Positions 27,758 to 37,008 are shown, counted from the first letter of the stretch. The stretch: 42,240 nucleotides of DNA from Minisyncoccia bacterium (GCA_049997815.1 JBEKVQ010000004.1:1-42240); one strand, 5' to 3'. Translations and numbers: made by a program. The notes: generated by a model from the sequence alone, not told the origin.

Positions 27758-28738
27758 TTAGCTTAGGTCTATCACGTTACCCTCAACCTTGGGCTGGGTT
27801 TTCTTTATCATTCCTAAAATATCCCCTGTTTCCGGAATTTTTGTGGTGGCAATTCCACCTGGGGTCATCATCGTCTTTTTCTCCGGCATCGCTGCGGGCG
27901 CGGGTTCTGGAGCCCTTGGGATCTCTGCGGCGGGTATTGCCGGTGCCGCGGTCTCCGTTTGCATCTGGGGGATTGGGGCCGGTACCGGAGTCGCGTCCCC
28001 CGCATCGCTGGGTTTGATGTTTATGAAGCTCTGTTGCCCCTCAAATGGCGAGAGCGAAGTGCGGAGTTCGCTGTAATTTACCACTCGCTTTTCGGTCTTT
28101 TCCGGGGTTTCGATCTTGACCATGGATGAGTTGTCGGAACGAGTCGCCGGATTTTTTGGCTTGAAAAACCCGAGCGGTATGGAAAATCCCCTGAAGATGG
28201 ATTTCCCCCCGGACGCCGTCTCGGTTTTCTTTTCCTCGTGGAGAATGAAGGGGGTACCTGGTTCGAGGGGGGTTGTTTCCTGATATAATCCTTCTGTTTC
28301 CGATTTCTGAATCGGGACCAGAACGGGAGCATTCTCTCCCTCGCCGATTTCAGAAATTTCGACATTTTTTTCTTTCAGCCCCACCCCCACTTCCCTGGGC
28401 GCGATATCTTTAAGCGAAGGCGCATCATGAACCTTTATGTCACTGATATCTATGCCCCATTGGAAAAGGGCATAGCGCATCGATTCGAGAATCCTTTCCT
28501 TTATCTCTTTAGCAATTGATCCGGCCTCACTCTCGCTAATCTTAGCTTCTCGAACCAGTGACTGGACAAAATCATGGGCGGGTAATTTCTTGGTTTCCAA
28601 CAAGAAGAGAAGTCTTGAGATGGGTCGCGGATTGCCCAAGTTCAATCTATCGGATATTTCGGAAACCAGCGCCGAGGTCTGCTCGGAACCGAATAGTTCT
28701 TTTATCTCTTGGGGCACCCTTGATAATTCTACTGCCAT
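27758..28738 (-). CDS. Hypothetical protein with helical N-terminus and P/A/E-rich disordered C-terminus
   Basis: Open frame of 326 aa abutting prgI. Confidence 0.75.
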   Translation of the reverse strand: MAVELSRVPQEIKELFGSEQTSALVSEISDRLNLGNPRPISRLLFLLETKKLPAHDFVQSLVREAKISESEAGSIAKEIKERILESMRYALFQWGIDISDIKVHDAPSLKDIAPREVGVGLKEKNVEISEIGEGENAPVLVPIQKSETEGLYQETTPLEPGTPFILHEEKKTETASGGKSIFRGFSIPLGFFKPKNPATRSDNSSMVKIETPEKTEKRVVNYSELRTSLSPFEGQQSFINIKPSDAGDATPVPAPIPQMQTETAAPAIPAAEIPRAPEPAPAAMPEKKTMMTPGGIATTKIPETGDILGMIKKTQPKVEGNVIDLS

Positions 28739-28751
28739 AGGATTCTGGAGG

Positions 28752-30698
28752 TTACCATCTTACGCCTGACCAGTTGGCGTTGCTTTGAATATTTTGATAC
28801 ACATTGAATGCCTTTTGCTCATCGGTGGGTAGGTTGCCAATTGCTGCATTGAGAGCTGTTTTGGCTGCTTGGATTGTCGCGGCATTGCCGGTCGCCTTAG
28901 CTGCGGTAATGTCGTTCAGGAGACCGTCCATCCTGGCTAGGTTAGCGCCGAGAACATCTCTTACTGCATCGGCCACAGCCTGTCTCTGCCCCTCATTTCC
29001 GGAGTTGGCAAGTTGTACTATATGGGAATTTCTCAAATTAATGGCTATATTATTGTCGTAAGTCCCAGTTGTTGGATCTTGGTAGCGCAGATAACCAGGG
29101 TCTAACTTGGAAGCATCTTGAAGATATTTGCCCACAGCCTTCCCGGCGGCTTTTCCTGGGTCGGGATCTAAGCCAAAGCTTTGGTATAGATGGGGGGCAT
29201 TATTGAGTAGTTTATCTTGTGAATTGGTTCTCTTCACTGCATCAATAATCCGTTTCTGGATCTCCGGCTTTACGTCACCCCATTTCTGTTTCTCGGCTGC
29301 CTTGATTCCCCAAGCGGCCAAATCGGTGTCCGACATAAGTGTTCCACCAGTCAGTTGGCGATTGAGAATATTTGTCGCTTCTTCCCCAGATCGGTTCTCG
29401 GTCTTCTTTTGGGTTTCCTCAAGGTCTTTTTTATTGTTTATTCTGGCTCGTGCAGACATTCCGGCCAGACCAGTTAGAGCCGCACCGACGATGGGGACTC
29501 TGCCAGCAGCACTGGCACCCCACCTCTCAAATCTAGTTTTACCCTCGGTATCTACTCCGCCCGCGAGAACCCGGCGCCCGACATTTGTTGCTCGAGTTCT
29601 TCCGTACCTTCCAACAGCACCGAGGGTTGCATCTTTCCCCTTCTTCGCCAACTTCATTGCTCCGTCGGCCCCATGAATCCCGAGTTTTTGGGCGGCGATC
29701 AATCCGCCCAGGAGCAGGAACGTCAGAACGATCATCTGCGCTCCCTGGGACATTATCGAGGCCAAGCCGCTGGTCGTAAAGATTCCGCCCCCGAACATTT
29801 GTGTCTTACCGAGAGCCGTTGCCGACTGGACGGCTAAATAAAGGAAGAATGTGGAAGCGGGCAGAAAGAACGTCCATTTTATGAAATTTTTCCACCAGTC
29901 GGTGAAAAGATATTTCAAATCCGGAAAAACCCAAAAGAGCCAAGCCAGAGGCGCGAGCACCAGAAGAAGAGAAAGATACACATATCTGTACAGAAGCATG
30001 AGTGCAAGCGTGGCCATCGAGAGCGTGGCTATCGCGAGAAATACAATATTGAAAATGAGACCGGAAATACCGATCAGGACCGCGGATGAGAAACCAGTGA
30101 GGGCACCTCCCTGCGAGGCCGGATCCGGTGGCATCGGGTTATCGGTGTCTCTTAGAAGCAATCGTTGGGGATTGAAGGCGCCGGCCAGTGCGTCGGTTAT
30201 CGTCGAAGCGGTGAGCTTGTCCGTGAAGGTGGCTGACAGGGAGTCGGAGAAGGTGATAAGCACCCCCGCTATGGTTAAACTGAAATTCACCAAAATCGCG
30301 GCTCCAATGAGAAGAGGAAGCAGCTTCTGAACTGCATACTTCTCGTAGCGGACGATGGTGGCGACGGCCATCACTATCATAATGAGGACGAAGCCAAGAT
30401 TGGCTATATCCCGGCATATTCCCCACCCGACCTTCACCAACGCGTTTGAATCCATCAGGATCTGATGATTAAGTTCGGTTGCGATATTAACCATCCAACC
30501 AGCCAGCATGAAGATGTAGCCAAAAAAGAAATTGAAAATATTGGCGATCACCGAGAAGGCCGAGGTGACCACGCTCACACCAATACTGGTTACAATTGAG
30601 GTCTGTGCCCCGGCGAAATGGGGAACAAAAATCAGAGAGAGGACAAGAATTATGCTCCCGAGAGTCAGCAGCCCGCTTTTTTTCGTTAGTTTCTTCAT
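28752..30698 (-). CDS. TrbL/VirB6-like polytopic membrane protein
   Basis: Signal-like N-terminus, GWGICRDIANL, about 7-8 TM helices, LLLVLAPLAWL, WWKNFIKW, G/A-rich cytoplasmic tail. Confidence 0.8.
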   Translation of the reverse strand: MKKLTKKSGLLTLGSIILVLSLIFVPHFAGAQTSIVTSIGVSVVTSAFSVIANIFNFFFGYIFMLAGWMVNIATELNHQILMDSNALVKVGWGICRDIANLGFVLIMIVMAVATIVRYEKYAVQKLLPLLIGAAILVNFSLTIAGVLITFSDSLSATFTDKLTASTITDALAGAFNPQRLLLRDTDNPMPPDPASQGGALTGFSSAVLIGISGLIFNIVFLAIATLSMATLALMLLYRYVYLSLLLVLAPLAWLFWVFPDLKYLFTDWWKNFIKWTFFLPASTFFLYLAVQSATALGKTQMFGGGIFTTSGLASIMSQGAQMIVLTFLLLGGLIAAQKLGIHGADGAMKLAKKGKDATLGAVGRYGRTRATNVGRRVLAGGVDTEGKTRFERWGASAAGRVPIVGAALTGLAGMSARARINNKKDLEETQKKTENRSGEEATNILNRQLTGGTLMSDTDLAAWGIKAAEKQKWGDVKPEIQKRIIDAVKRTNSQDKLLNNAPHLYQSFGLDPDPGKAAGKAVGKYLQDASKLDPGYLRYQDPTTGTYDNNIAINLRNSHIVQLANSGNEGQRQAVADAVRDVLGANLARMDGLLNDITAAKATGNAATIQAAKTALNAAIGNLPTDEQKAFNVYQNIQSNANWSGVRW

Positions 30699-30704
30699 GG
30701 GGTT

Positions 30705-32249
30705 TTAGATGTGGCAGTCGTTCGTTTTGCGGGCATTGAGGTCGGAGAGGGTGTTTTGAATGCTGGTAAGAATGCTGCCCGAATCAGCATTTAAGGTGCT
30801 TGCGGTGCTCGCAGCGTCGTTCATATCTTGCTGGTTGATTTGGTTAAGGCAGGTGAGCCCACAGGCCGGAGAACTAACTTCTTCCATGAGAATACCTAAG
30901 GTTGATGTCGCTATTTTCCACTGGGTTGATTTGTTAGCGATGGTCTGAATCGTATTGTTAGCGTCGTCTATTGCGCCTTGGGCGAAAACACCATCCGGCG
31001 AGTTGATATTGGTTGGTCCCAAACATAAGAGCAGCTCATTCCCGGTTGCAATGATCTCCTGATTTGTACTTGATGCCACACCAAGCGTCGTCGAGGCAGA
31101 CGAAAGATCGTCCGCAGCCTGACTCAGTTGTCTAAGATAAACGTTTCGAGAACTTTCCGCGACTTGGTTAATGGAGTTTTGATAGCCGGTGGAAGCGCCC
31201 GCGACATCACTCTGTTCTTGCCCGGTCAACGTTCCGGATTCTGTTTTAGTGAAGTCCTGAAGACCCTTTACACCGCTTTTAATAATCCTATTGAATGCGG
31301 CGTCGGCGATGATCGCTAAGGAATTAGAAAGATCTTGGGAGTTTATGATGAAGTTGAAGTCCTTGCCGTACGTGGCCTCTTGGAGACCGGCGGCAAGTGT
31401 GCTACCCGGAGTGGTTACGGTGGCGCTGGTACACCTGTATTTGAAGGTGCTGCCTAACTCGGGAGGTAGTGGAGGAGGATTGTCTGGCGCGCGCGCTTTG
31501 TCCGGCGCCGTATGCGGTCCGTAGTCAACGCCACCAACGGTCACTTTTGCTGGCTTACCGTTTCTTGTATCGATCAAGTCCCATCCGCCGGTGCACTCTT
31601 CGGAATTGAACCCGACATTAACTTGTTGTTGTAAGATACTCGCATTCGTTTTCTGGGCGGTGCGGTTAACAATCTCGTTTTGGGTAATAACCTCCACCCC
31701 CCATTCATTGTTTTGGGGTTTGAGGAGCTCCTGATAACCTAACCAGCCGCCATCCGAAAAGTTGTCTCGGTAGGCCTTGAAGTTACTTATTACGCTCGTA
31801 AGGGAACAGCTCACCTGCTGAGAAAGCGGAGCCGGTTGCTGTAGCTGGAGAGTGACATCAAAAGCAAACGGTTGGCATAGTGCATTCGTCGCGCTATATT
31901 GCTGCAAAACATCACCCACAGCCTGATCGGCTGCGTCGGTGAAAACGCTCCCGAAATCTGTTGTGAATTTGGGCTTTCCCCCGTTATTTATCCAGTCAAC
32001 AATATTGTTGGTCATCATGGTCAGCAGTCTGTGTTTTAGGGCTGCAAGGAAACCATCTATCACATATTTTTGAATGAATTGTGCGGCGCTCTGAGAAATC
32101 CCAAAGGTTTCCTCGAGTATGCTCGCAACGTCTATGACGGGGAGGCCGGTGGCGCGCGTTTCTTTCACCACGGGGGCAAAAGGATAAAGAGCGGAAATAA
32201 TAATTACCGCTATTACTACCGCTACCGTTTTTTTAACCCCGTTTTTCAT
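30705..32249 (-). CDS. Exported T4SS-operon protein, possibly VirB5/TrbJ-like (start MKNGVKK at 32249)
   Basis: Signal peptide followed by GLPVID motif; several Cys; helical C-terminus. Confidence 0.7.
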   Translation of the reverse strand: MKNGVKKTVAVVIAVIIISALYPFAPVVKETRATGLPVIDVASILEETFGISQSAAQFIQKYVIDGFLAALKHRLLTMMTNNIVDWINNGGKPKFTTDFGSVFTDAADQAVGDVLQQYSATNALCQPFAFDVTLQLQQPAPLSQQVSCSLTSVISNFKAYRDNFSDGGWLGYQELLKPQNNEWGVEVITQNEIVNRTAQKTNASILQQQVNVGFNSEECTGGWDLIDTRNGKPAKVTVGGVDYGPHTAPDKARAPDNPPPLPPELGSTFKYRCTSATVTTPGSTLAAGLQEATYGKDFNFIINSQDLSNSLAIIADAAFNRIIKSGVKGLQDFTKTESGTLTGQEQSDVAGASTGYQNSINQVAESSRNVYLRQLSQAADDLSSASTTLGVASSTNQEIIATGNELLLCLGPTNINSPDGVFAQGAIDDANNTIQTIANKSTQWKIATSTLGILMEEVSSPACGLTCLNQINQQDMNDAASTASTLNADSGSILTSIQNTLSDLNARKTNDCHI

Positions 32250-32253
32250 GTAA

Positions 32254-33066
32254 TTAACTCTTTGCGAATGAATTGAAATAATCTCCCAGGACTTTTTGGA
32301 GGTCGTTAGTTTCGGTGATGACGTTATCAACCTCTTTCGCCGCCAGAACCGCTTTTAGCGGATCGGAGTCGAAGTTTAGGATGGCTCTATAAACCACCAA
32401 TTTCTTCTCCCAAAGGTTCAGATTTTGGATGTGCCAGACCTTCATTTGTTCCGGAACCTCAAGGGCCAGAAGCCCATTTACTTGGTTTCCGGCTATGTCG
32501 ACGTACTTCGCGAGCGGTGCAGAGTTGTTCTGTTTGAAGAAGTTATCCAGCATGTCAGTTACGGACACCTTGAATCCAGAAAAATTATTGTCGGTGACTT
32601 TTCCGAGGTTGTTAATGTAAGCCAATTGCGCGCCTACAGAATTATCCTTTCCGACCCTAATGTCTTTGTCGGTGAATATCGGGAATTGAAGACCCTGGTT
32701 CATTGAAGCGTCCAAAGCATTGCTCATATAATCCGACGACGGGAGCCTGATGGTAGATGTCCCGTTGGAAGTAACGCTCCCATTCGCCTGAAGAATATTC
32801 TGCGATAGGGTTTGGGCCAGTTGGTCGGTGAGATTATTCGCGTCTGCCGACGTTTCACCGGTTGGAGCCGGATTGGTTACGATGTTTCGGTTCTGATTGA
32901 CTTGGTATTGGAGGCCGGAGTCCAGTCCTACCGCACCTCCCGCGTCGTTTGGTGACTTTTGGACGCCACTTCCGGCGGGTAAATTTATTATCACGACGAA
33001 TAAAACTAGCCCACCCAAGACGATGGCGGCGGAAATAACCTTCCGTTTTCTAATATAATTGTGGAT
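32254..33066 (-). CDS. Membrane-anchored hypothetical protein, first gene of the T4SS-like operon; frame extends to ATC at 33066 (the track starts at TTG 33018)
   Basis: In-frame IHNYIRKRKVISAAIV precedes LGGLVLFVVII; -10 TATACT 6 nt before the ATC. Confidence 0.7.
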   Translation of the reverse strand: MHNYIRKRKVISAAIVLGGLVLFVVIINLPAGSGVQKSPNDAGGAVGLDSGLQYQVNQNRNIVTNPAPTGETSADANNLTDQLAQTLSQNILQANGSVTSNGTSTIRLPSSDYMSNALDASMNQGLQFPIFTDKDIRVGKDNSVGAQLAYINNLGKVTDNNFSGFKVSVTDMLDNFFKQNNSAPLAKYVDIAGNQVNGLLALEVPEQMKVWHIQNLNLWEKKLVVYRAILNFDSDPLKAVLAAKEVDNVITETNDLQKVLGDYFNSFAKS

Positions 33067-33106
33067 ACTATCAGTATACTATATTTGAAGCGGATTTTTT
33101 ACAGAT

Positions 33107-33889
33107 TTAGTCGTTAAACTCCTCAGCCAGTCGCTTGATTTGGGTGATATTAAGGTTTTGCGGACGACATTCGGCCTCAATCCCGATTTTTTTGAGTTTT
33201 TCATCGGCAAGTTCCCTATTCTTTGCGAGTGGAGAGAGGTTATTCAGAACGGTTTTCCGCGGTTGTTTGAACAATACCTTCACGACTGAATAGTATTTTG
33301 CCGTGTCGGCATCAACCCCTCTCGGGGTGAGTTTTATGATCGCCGAATCCACCTTCGGCTGAGGTGAAAAACAGGTTTTGGAAATCGTGCCTATGATTTC
33401 CGGCTCGGCCCAAAACTGGACGGTTGCGGCAAGAAGGTTCATCTTGGGCGGTTCGGCAGCGATTCTCTCCGCCACCTCTTTCTGGATGGCGAGAACAATA
33501 AGCCTCGGCTTGATTTTTAATTCCCCCAGGGTTCTCAGAAGGAAGCCGGTAATATAGTGCGGAATGTTCCCGACCACCTTGTGGTCGGAATCCCTAATCA
33601 ACGACGGGAGGATTTTTAAAGCGTCTCCCGTTATGATTTCTACCGAACCCCCGTACGTTTTCATTGAATTTCTAAGGGCATCTGCCAGTGCCTCGTCCTT
33701 CTCAATGGCGATTAATTTGGAATTTGGAATTTGAGATTTAAAATTCTCGACTATAATCCGGGTGATTTCTCCGTGTCCGGGGCCAATCTCCACTACCGTG
33801 TCGCCGTTTTTTAGTTCGAGCGCGCGAGCGATTTCCCTGATCTTGTTTTTGTCGGTCAAGAAATTCTGCCCCAAATTCTTTTTTATCAT
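33107..33889 (-). CDS. rsmA: 16S rRNA m6,2A dimethyltransferase RsmA/KsgA
   Basis: KNLGQNFL, VEIGPGHG, AIEKD, GDAL, VGNIP, IQKEVAER, FSPQPKVDSA. Confidence 0.96.
   Translation of the reverse strand: MIKKNLGQNFLTDKNKIREIARALELKNGDTVVEIGPGHGEITRIIVENFKSQIPNSKLIAIEKDEALADALRNSMKTYGGSVEIITGDALKILPSLIRDSDHKVVGNIPHYITGFLLRTLGELKIKPRLIVLAIQKEVAERIAAEPPKMNLLAATVQFWAEPEIIGTISKTCFSPQPKVDSAIIKLTPRGVDADTAKYYSVVKVLFKQPRKTVLNNLSPLAKNRELADEKLKKIGIEAECRPQNLNITQIKRLAEEFND
33714..33741. repeat. Heptamer tandem repeat (AATTTGG-like x3-4) inside rsmA
   Basis: aatttgg aatttgg aatttga gatttaa; encodes FKSQIPNSKL. Confidence 0.75.
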
Positions 33890-33998
33890 AATTTTGTAAA
33901 TTTTTAGCGAAGCGACGAAATTTATCTAAAATTTTGAATACCCCGTGAGATGGCGAGCTTGCGAACCCTATCTCATGGGGTGTGGCCATTATTTAATT

Positions 33999-34027
33999 TA
34001 GACAAAACCCGATGGGTTTTGTATAAT
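33999..34027 (+). promoter_or_regulatory. Promoter TAGACA-17-TATAAT with a perfect palindrome AAAACCC-GAT-GGGTTTT in the spacer
   Basis: Read directly from the sequence. Confidence 0.75.
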
Positions 34028-34075
34028 AACCACATTAGTACGATTCTAACCCAACTTAGAGACCTTTTTAAGGGG

Positions 34076-35092
34076 ATGTTGAAGACGGCCAGTTTCTGGT
34101 CGCTCCTTTTTGCGGTTTTGCTCGTCGGTTTAAGTGCCTTCTCCATATCGCTTTCTCATGGAGCCGGGGCCTACGAAAGATCCGTCGTTTGGAGTTCGGG
34201 CGGACCGGTGGCGAGACCGGAGCTGGAACGGTCGGCAGCGCAGGGAGGAACGGTCTACCCGGGAAGCGACAGCGCCTCATTGAATGACGGGCCGGCGCTT
34301 CTCGCCGACAACTCGGCCGTTTCCGGCGCGTCCGACCCGCTCACCAACCTCATCTCTTTGGGTGACGGTCTCAAAAGATACAAAATAAAGAAGGGTGATA
34401 CTTTCACAAACCTCGCAACCCGTTTCAACATATCTGCGGACACGATAAGGTGGGCGAACCCGGGCGTTACCTATTTAAAGCCGGGCGATACGCTCGTAAT
34501 CTTGCCGGTTTCGGGTGTTCTTTACAACGTTTCAAGTGGCGAGGCGATGGAGGATATCGGAAGCCGCTACCAAACCGATATCAGCCTCATCAAAACCTAT
34601 AATCCCAACTATCAGAAAATCTTGAGTGACGGCGGATATCTGGTTTTACCTTTTGCGAAGCCGATTTCCGCGAGAGTTTCCGCTCTTCCGGCCGATGCGA
34701 GCCTTCCCGACCTCAAAAATTATTTTTCTTTGCCGGCCATCGGGTGGAATTGGGGGCAGCTTCACAACTACAATGCGGTGGATATCGCGAACCAGTGTGG
34801 GACACCCGTTCAGGCCGCCGCCGAGGGGCTTGCGGTCTCGGATGAAAATTTTGGGGACGGCTCGAGCGGATGGAATGATGGTTACGGAATTTTCGTTCTT
34901 CTGGAACATCCGAATGGCACGAAGACGCGTTACGCTCATTTGGACAAAGCGCTCGTGAAGGTGGGCGATTATATTACGAGGGGAGAAGAGATTGGCTTAA
35001 TGGGAAACACCGGTAACACTCACGGTCCGACTGGCTGCCACGTTCACTTCGAAGTTTACGGCGCGAAAAATCCTTTCGCGGTGAGCAAGTAA
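34076..35092 (+). CDS. LysM-domain M23 family metallopeptidase (start MLKTAS at 34076)
   Basis: Signal/TM; YKIKKGDTF...IRWAN and YNVSSGE LysM repeats; HNYNAVD, YAHL, HVHFEV. Confidence 0.9.
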   Translation: MLKTASFWSLLFAVLLVGLSAFSISLSHGAGAYERSVVWSSGGPVARPELERSAAQGGTVYPGSDSASLNDGPALLADNSAVSGASDPLTNLISLGDGLKRYKIKKGDTFTNLATRFNISADTIRWANPGVTYLKPGDTLVILPVSGVLYNVSSGEAMEDIGSRYQTDISLIKTYNPNYQKILSDGGYLVLPFAKPISARVSALPADASLPDLKNYFSLPAIGWNWGQLHNYNAVDIANQCGTPVQAAAEGLAVSDENFGDGSSGWNDGYGIFVLLEHPNGTKTRYAHLDKALVKVGDYITRGEEIGLMGNTGNTHGPTGCHVHFEVYGAKNPFAVSK

Positions 35093-35095
35093 TTT

Positions 35096-36634
35096 TTACT
35101 CCCCGATCTTCAGTCTGTATTGGAACGCCTCCGCAAGGTGTTCCGTTTTTATTTCCGGCACATTGTCCAAATCGGCGATGGTTCGAGCCACCTTGAGAAT
35201 TCGGTAATAACCCCGAGCGGAGATGAAATTCTTTTCCAACGTTTCTTTCAAAAACATTTCTGCCTCGCTTTCCAATTTGATTACCTGGTCGGTTTGGCGG
35301 GAAGATAGTTCTGCGTTCGTGAAGATTTTGAAGCCGTTCTTTCTAAAACGTTCGCGCTGGATGCGGCGGGCAGTTTGGACGTTTCTTGTCTCGGTTTTCT
35401 CGCCGGACTCGTTTCCCCTTTCGCGCAGTTCGACTATCGATATTCTCGGCACCTCAAGCTGAATGTCGATCCGGTCCAAAAGCGGCCCAGATATCTTCTT
35501 GCGGTAACGGAACACTTCGTTCGCTGTACAGCGGCATTCTTTTTCCGGGTCGCTGAAATACCCGCAGGGACACGGGTTCATCGCCGCAACGAGTATGAAG
35601 CGGGCCGGAAAAACGAGAGCTTTTCTGGCCCGGGCAATCGAGATACAGCCGCTCTCCAAGGGCTGGCGGAGTCCCTCCAGAACATCGCGGTGGAACTCCG
35701 GCATTTCGTCTAGGAAGAGCACACCACGGTGGGCCAGGCTTATTTCACCCGGCTTGGGATTGGTCCCGCCGCCGATGACGGCTATCAAAGATGCGCTGTG
35801 ATGCGGAGCCCGGAAGGGACGGGAAGAAACGAAGGGTTCCTCCGCAGAAAGCAGCCCGGCAGCGCTCCAAATCTCGGTTATTTCGACTGCCTCCTCGAAA
35901 GACAGGGGTGGAAGGATGGAATTTATCGCCTGGGCGAGCATGGTTTTGCCCGTACCCGGTGGTCCCGAGAAGAGCAGATTGTGGCCGCCGGCCGCCGCTA
36001 TCGTAAGAGCCCTCTTCGCTGCCGCCTGTCCCTTGATCTCGCTCAACCTCACCGATGATTCGGAGTGTCCCGGCACCATTTCGGTTTTAGTTTGGGGAGT
36101 AATGTTCTTTTGTCCTTCCAAATGTCCGATAATCTCCTTAAGATTATTTACCGGTACGACTGATATCTTTTGGAGGACCGCGGCTTCCGCCGCATTCTCT
36201 GCCGGAACGAAAATCTCTTTCATATTCTTCCTTTCTGCCAAGAGCGCGGCGTTCAGAATGCCGGTTACCGGCCGAAGAGTGCCGTCGAGCGAAAGTTCGC
36301 CCAGAAACATTTTATCCGATGAGTCGAAGGGTTTCAGCTGTTCGCTCGCGAGAAGGTAGGCCAACGCTATCGGCAAATCGAAGCGCGAGCCAACCTTCTT
36401 CACGTCGGCCGGCGCGAGGTTCACGGTTATCTTGCGATTCTCTTTGGTCGGCGGTTTGATGCCGGAATTCTTTAGGGCCGAGTTCACTCTCTCTTTCGCT
36501 TCGGAGAGCGCCTTATCGGCGAGTCCCACGATGTTGAAAGAATGAAGGCCGACGTTCAGGTCGGCCTCCACCTCGATGAGTTCAGCGGCGATTCCGTCCA
36601 ATTCGGCTGAATATAATTTTGGAACCGCCTGCAT
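35096..36634 (-). CDS. comM: YifB/ComM Mg-chelatase-like AAA+ ATPase
   Basis: Lon-like N-terminus, GPPGTGKTMLA, FRAPHHS, GEISLAHRGVLFLDE, AMNPCPCG, SGPLLDRID. Confidence 0.95.
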   Translation of the reverse strand: MQAVPKLYSAELDGIAAELIEVEADLNVGLHSFNIVGLADKALSEAKERVNSALKNSGIKPPTKENRKITVNLAPADVKKVGSRFDLPIALAYLLASEQLKPFDSSDKMFLGELSLDGTLRPVTGILNAALLAERKNMKEIFVPAENAAEAAVLQKISVVPVNNLKEIIGHLEGQKNITPQTKTEMVPGHSESSVRLSEIKGQAAAKRALTIAAAGGHNLLFSGPPGTGKTMLAQAINSILPPLSFEEAVEITEIWSAAGLLSAEEPFVSSRPFRAPHHSASLIAVIGGGTNPKPGEISLAHRGVLFLDEMPEFHRDVLEGLRQPLESGCISIARARKALVFPARFILVAAMNPCPCGYFSDPEKECRCTANEVFRYRKKISGPLLDRIDIQLEVPRISIVELRERGNESGEKTETRNVQTARRIQRERFRKNGFKIFTNAELSSRQTDQVIKLESEAEMFLKETLEKNFISARGYYRILKVARTIADLDNVPEIKTEHLAEAFQYRLKIGE

Positions 36635-36641
36635 CTTTTTC

Positions 36642-36974
36642 CTAAAGCCCCCGCTTGCAGTTCTTGCAGTAAAGCGATTCGGGGTCCACGTCCAGTATCT
36701 TTCTTTCTATCGGACCGCCACATTTTTCGCAGACGCCGTACCTCCCTCTCCTAATCTTTTCGAGAGCTTTATTGATTTGTTCCAGACGGGCATCCTGGGT
36801 TTTCTTTATACCCAGGTACGTTCCTCTTTCCTCGGCTTCGTCGGTTTCTTCCTCGAAATTATCCACATCGTCGCCGAAATCCAGACCCTCTTTTAGTTTC
36901 GCCATTTCCCCCTCTATTTTGGTCTTCTCGGAGAGTAATTTTCCCTCAATTTCTTTGAGTTCCTCCTTTGTCAT
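36642..36974 (-). CDS. DksA/TraR C4-type zinc finger protein
   Basis: Coiled coil with ETDEA tip; ALEKI...YGVCEKC...CKNC. Confidence 0.9.
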   Translation of the reverse strand: MTKEELKEIEGKLLSEKTKIEGEMAKLKEGLDFGDDVDNFEEETDEAEERGTYLGIKKTQDARLEQINKALEKIRRGRYGVCEKCGGPIERKILDVDPESLYCKNCKRGL

Positions 36975-37008
36975 AGCAGGAATATTATCACAACGACCTT
37001 TCTAAATC

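Noticed and set aside
21302-33066. Interpretation as an integrative conjugative element mobilised by the Xer recombinase
   Set aside because: There is no relaxase, coupling protein, att direct repeats or tRNA target, and housekeeping genes separate the operon from the recombinase.
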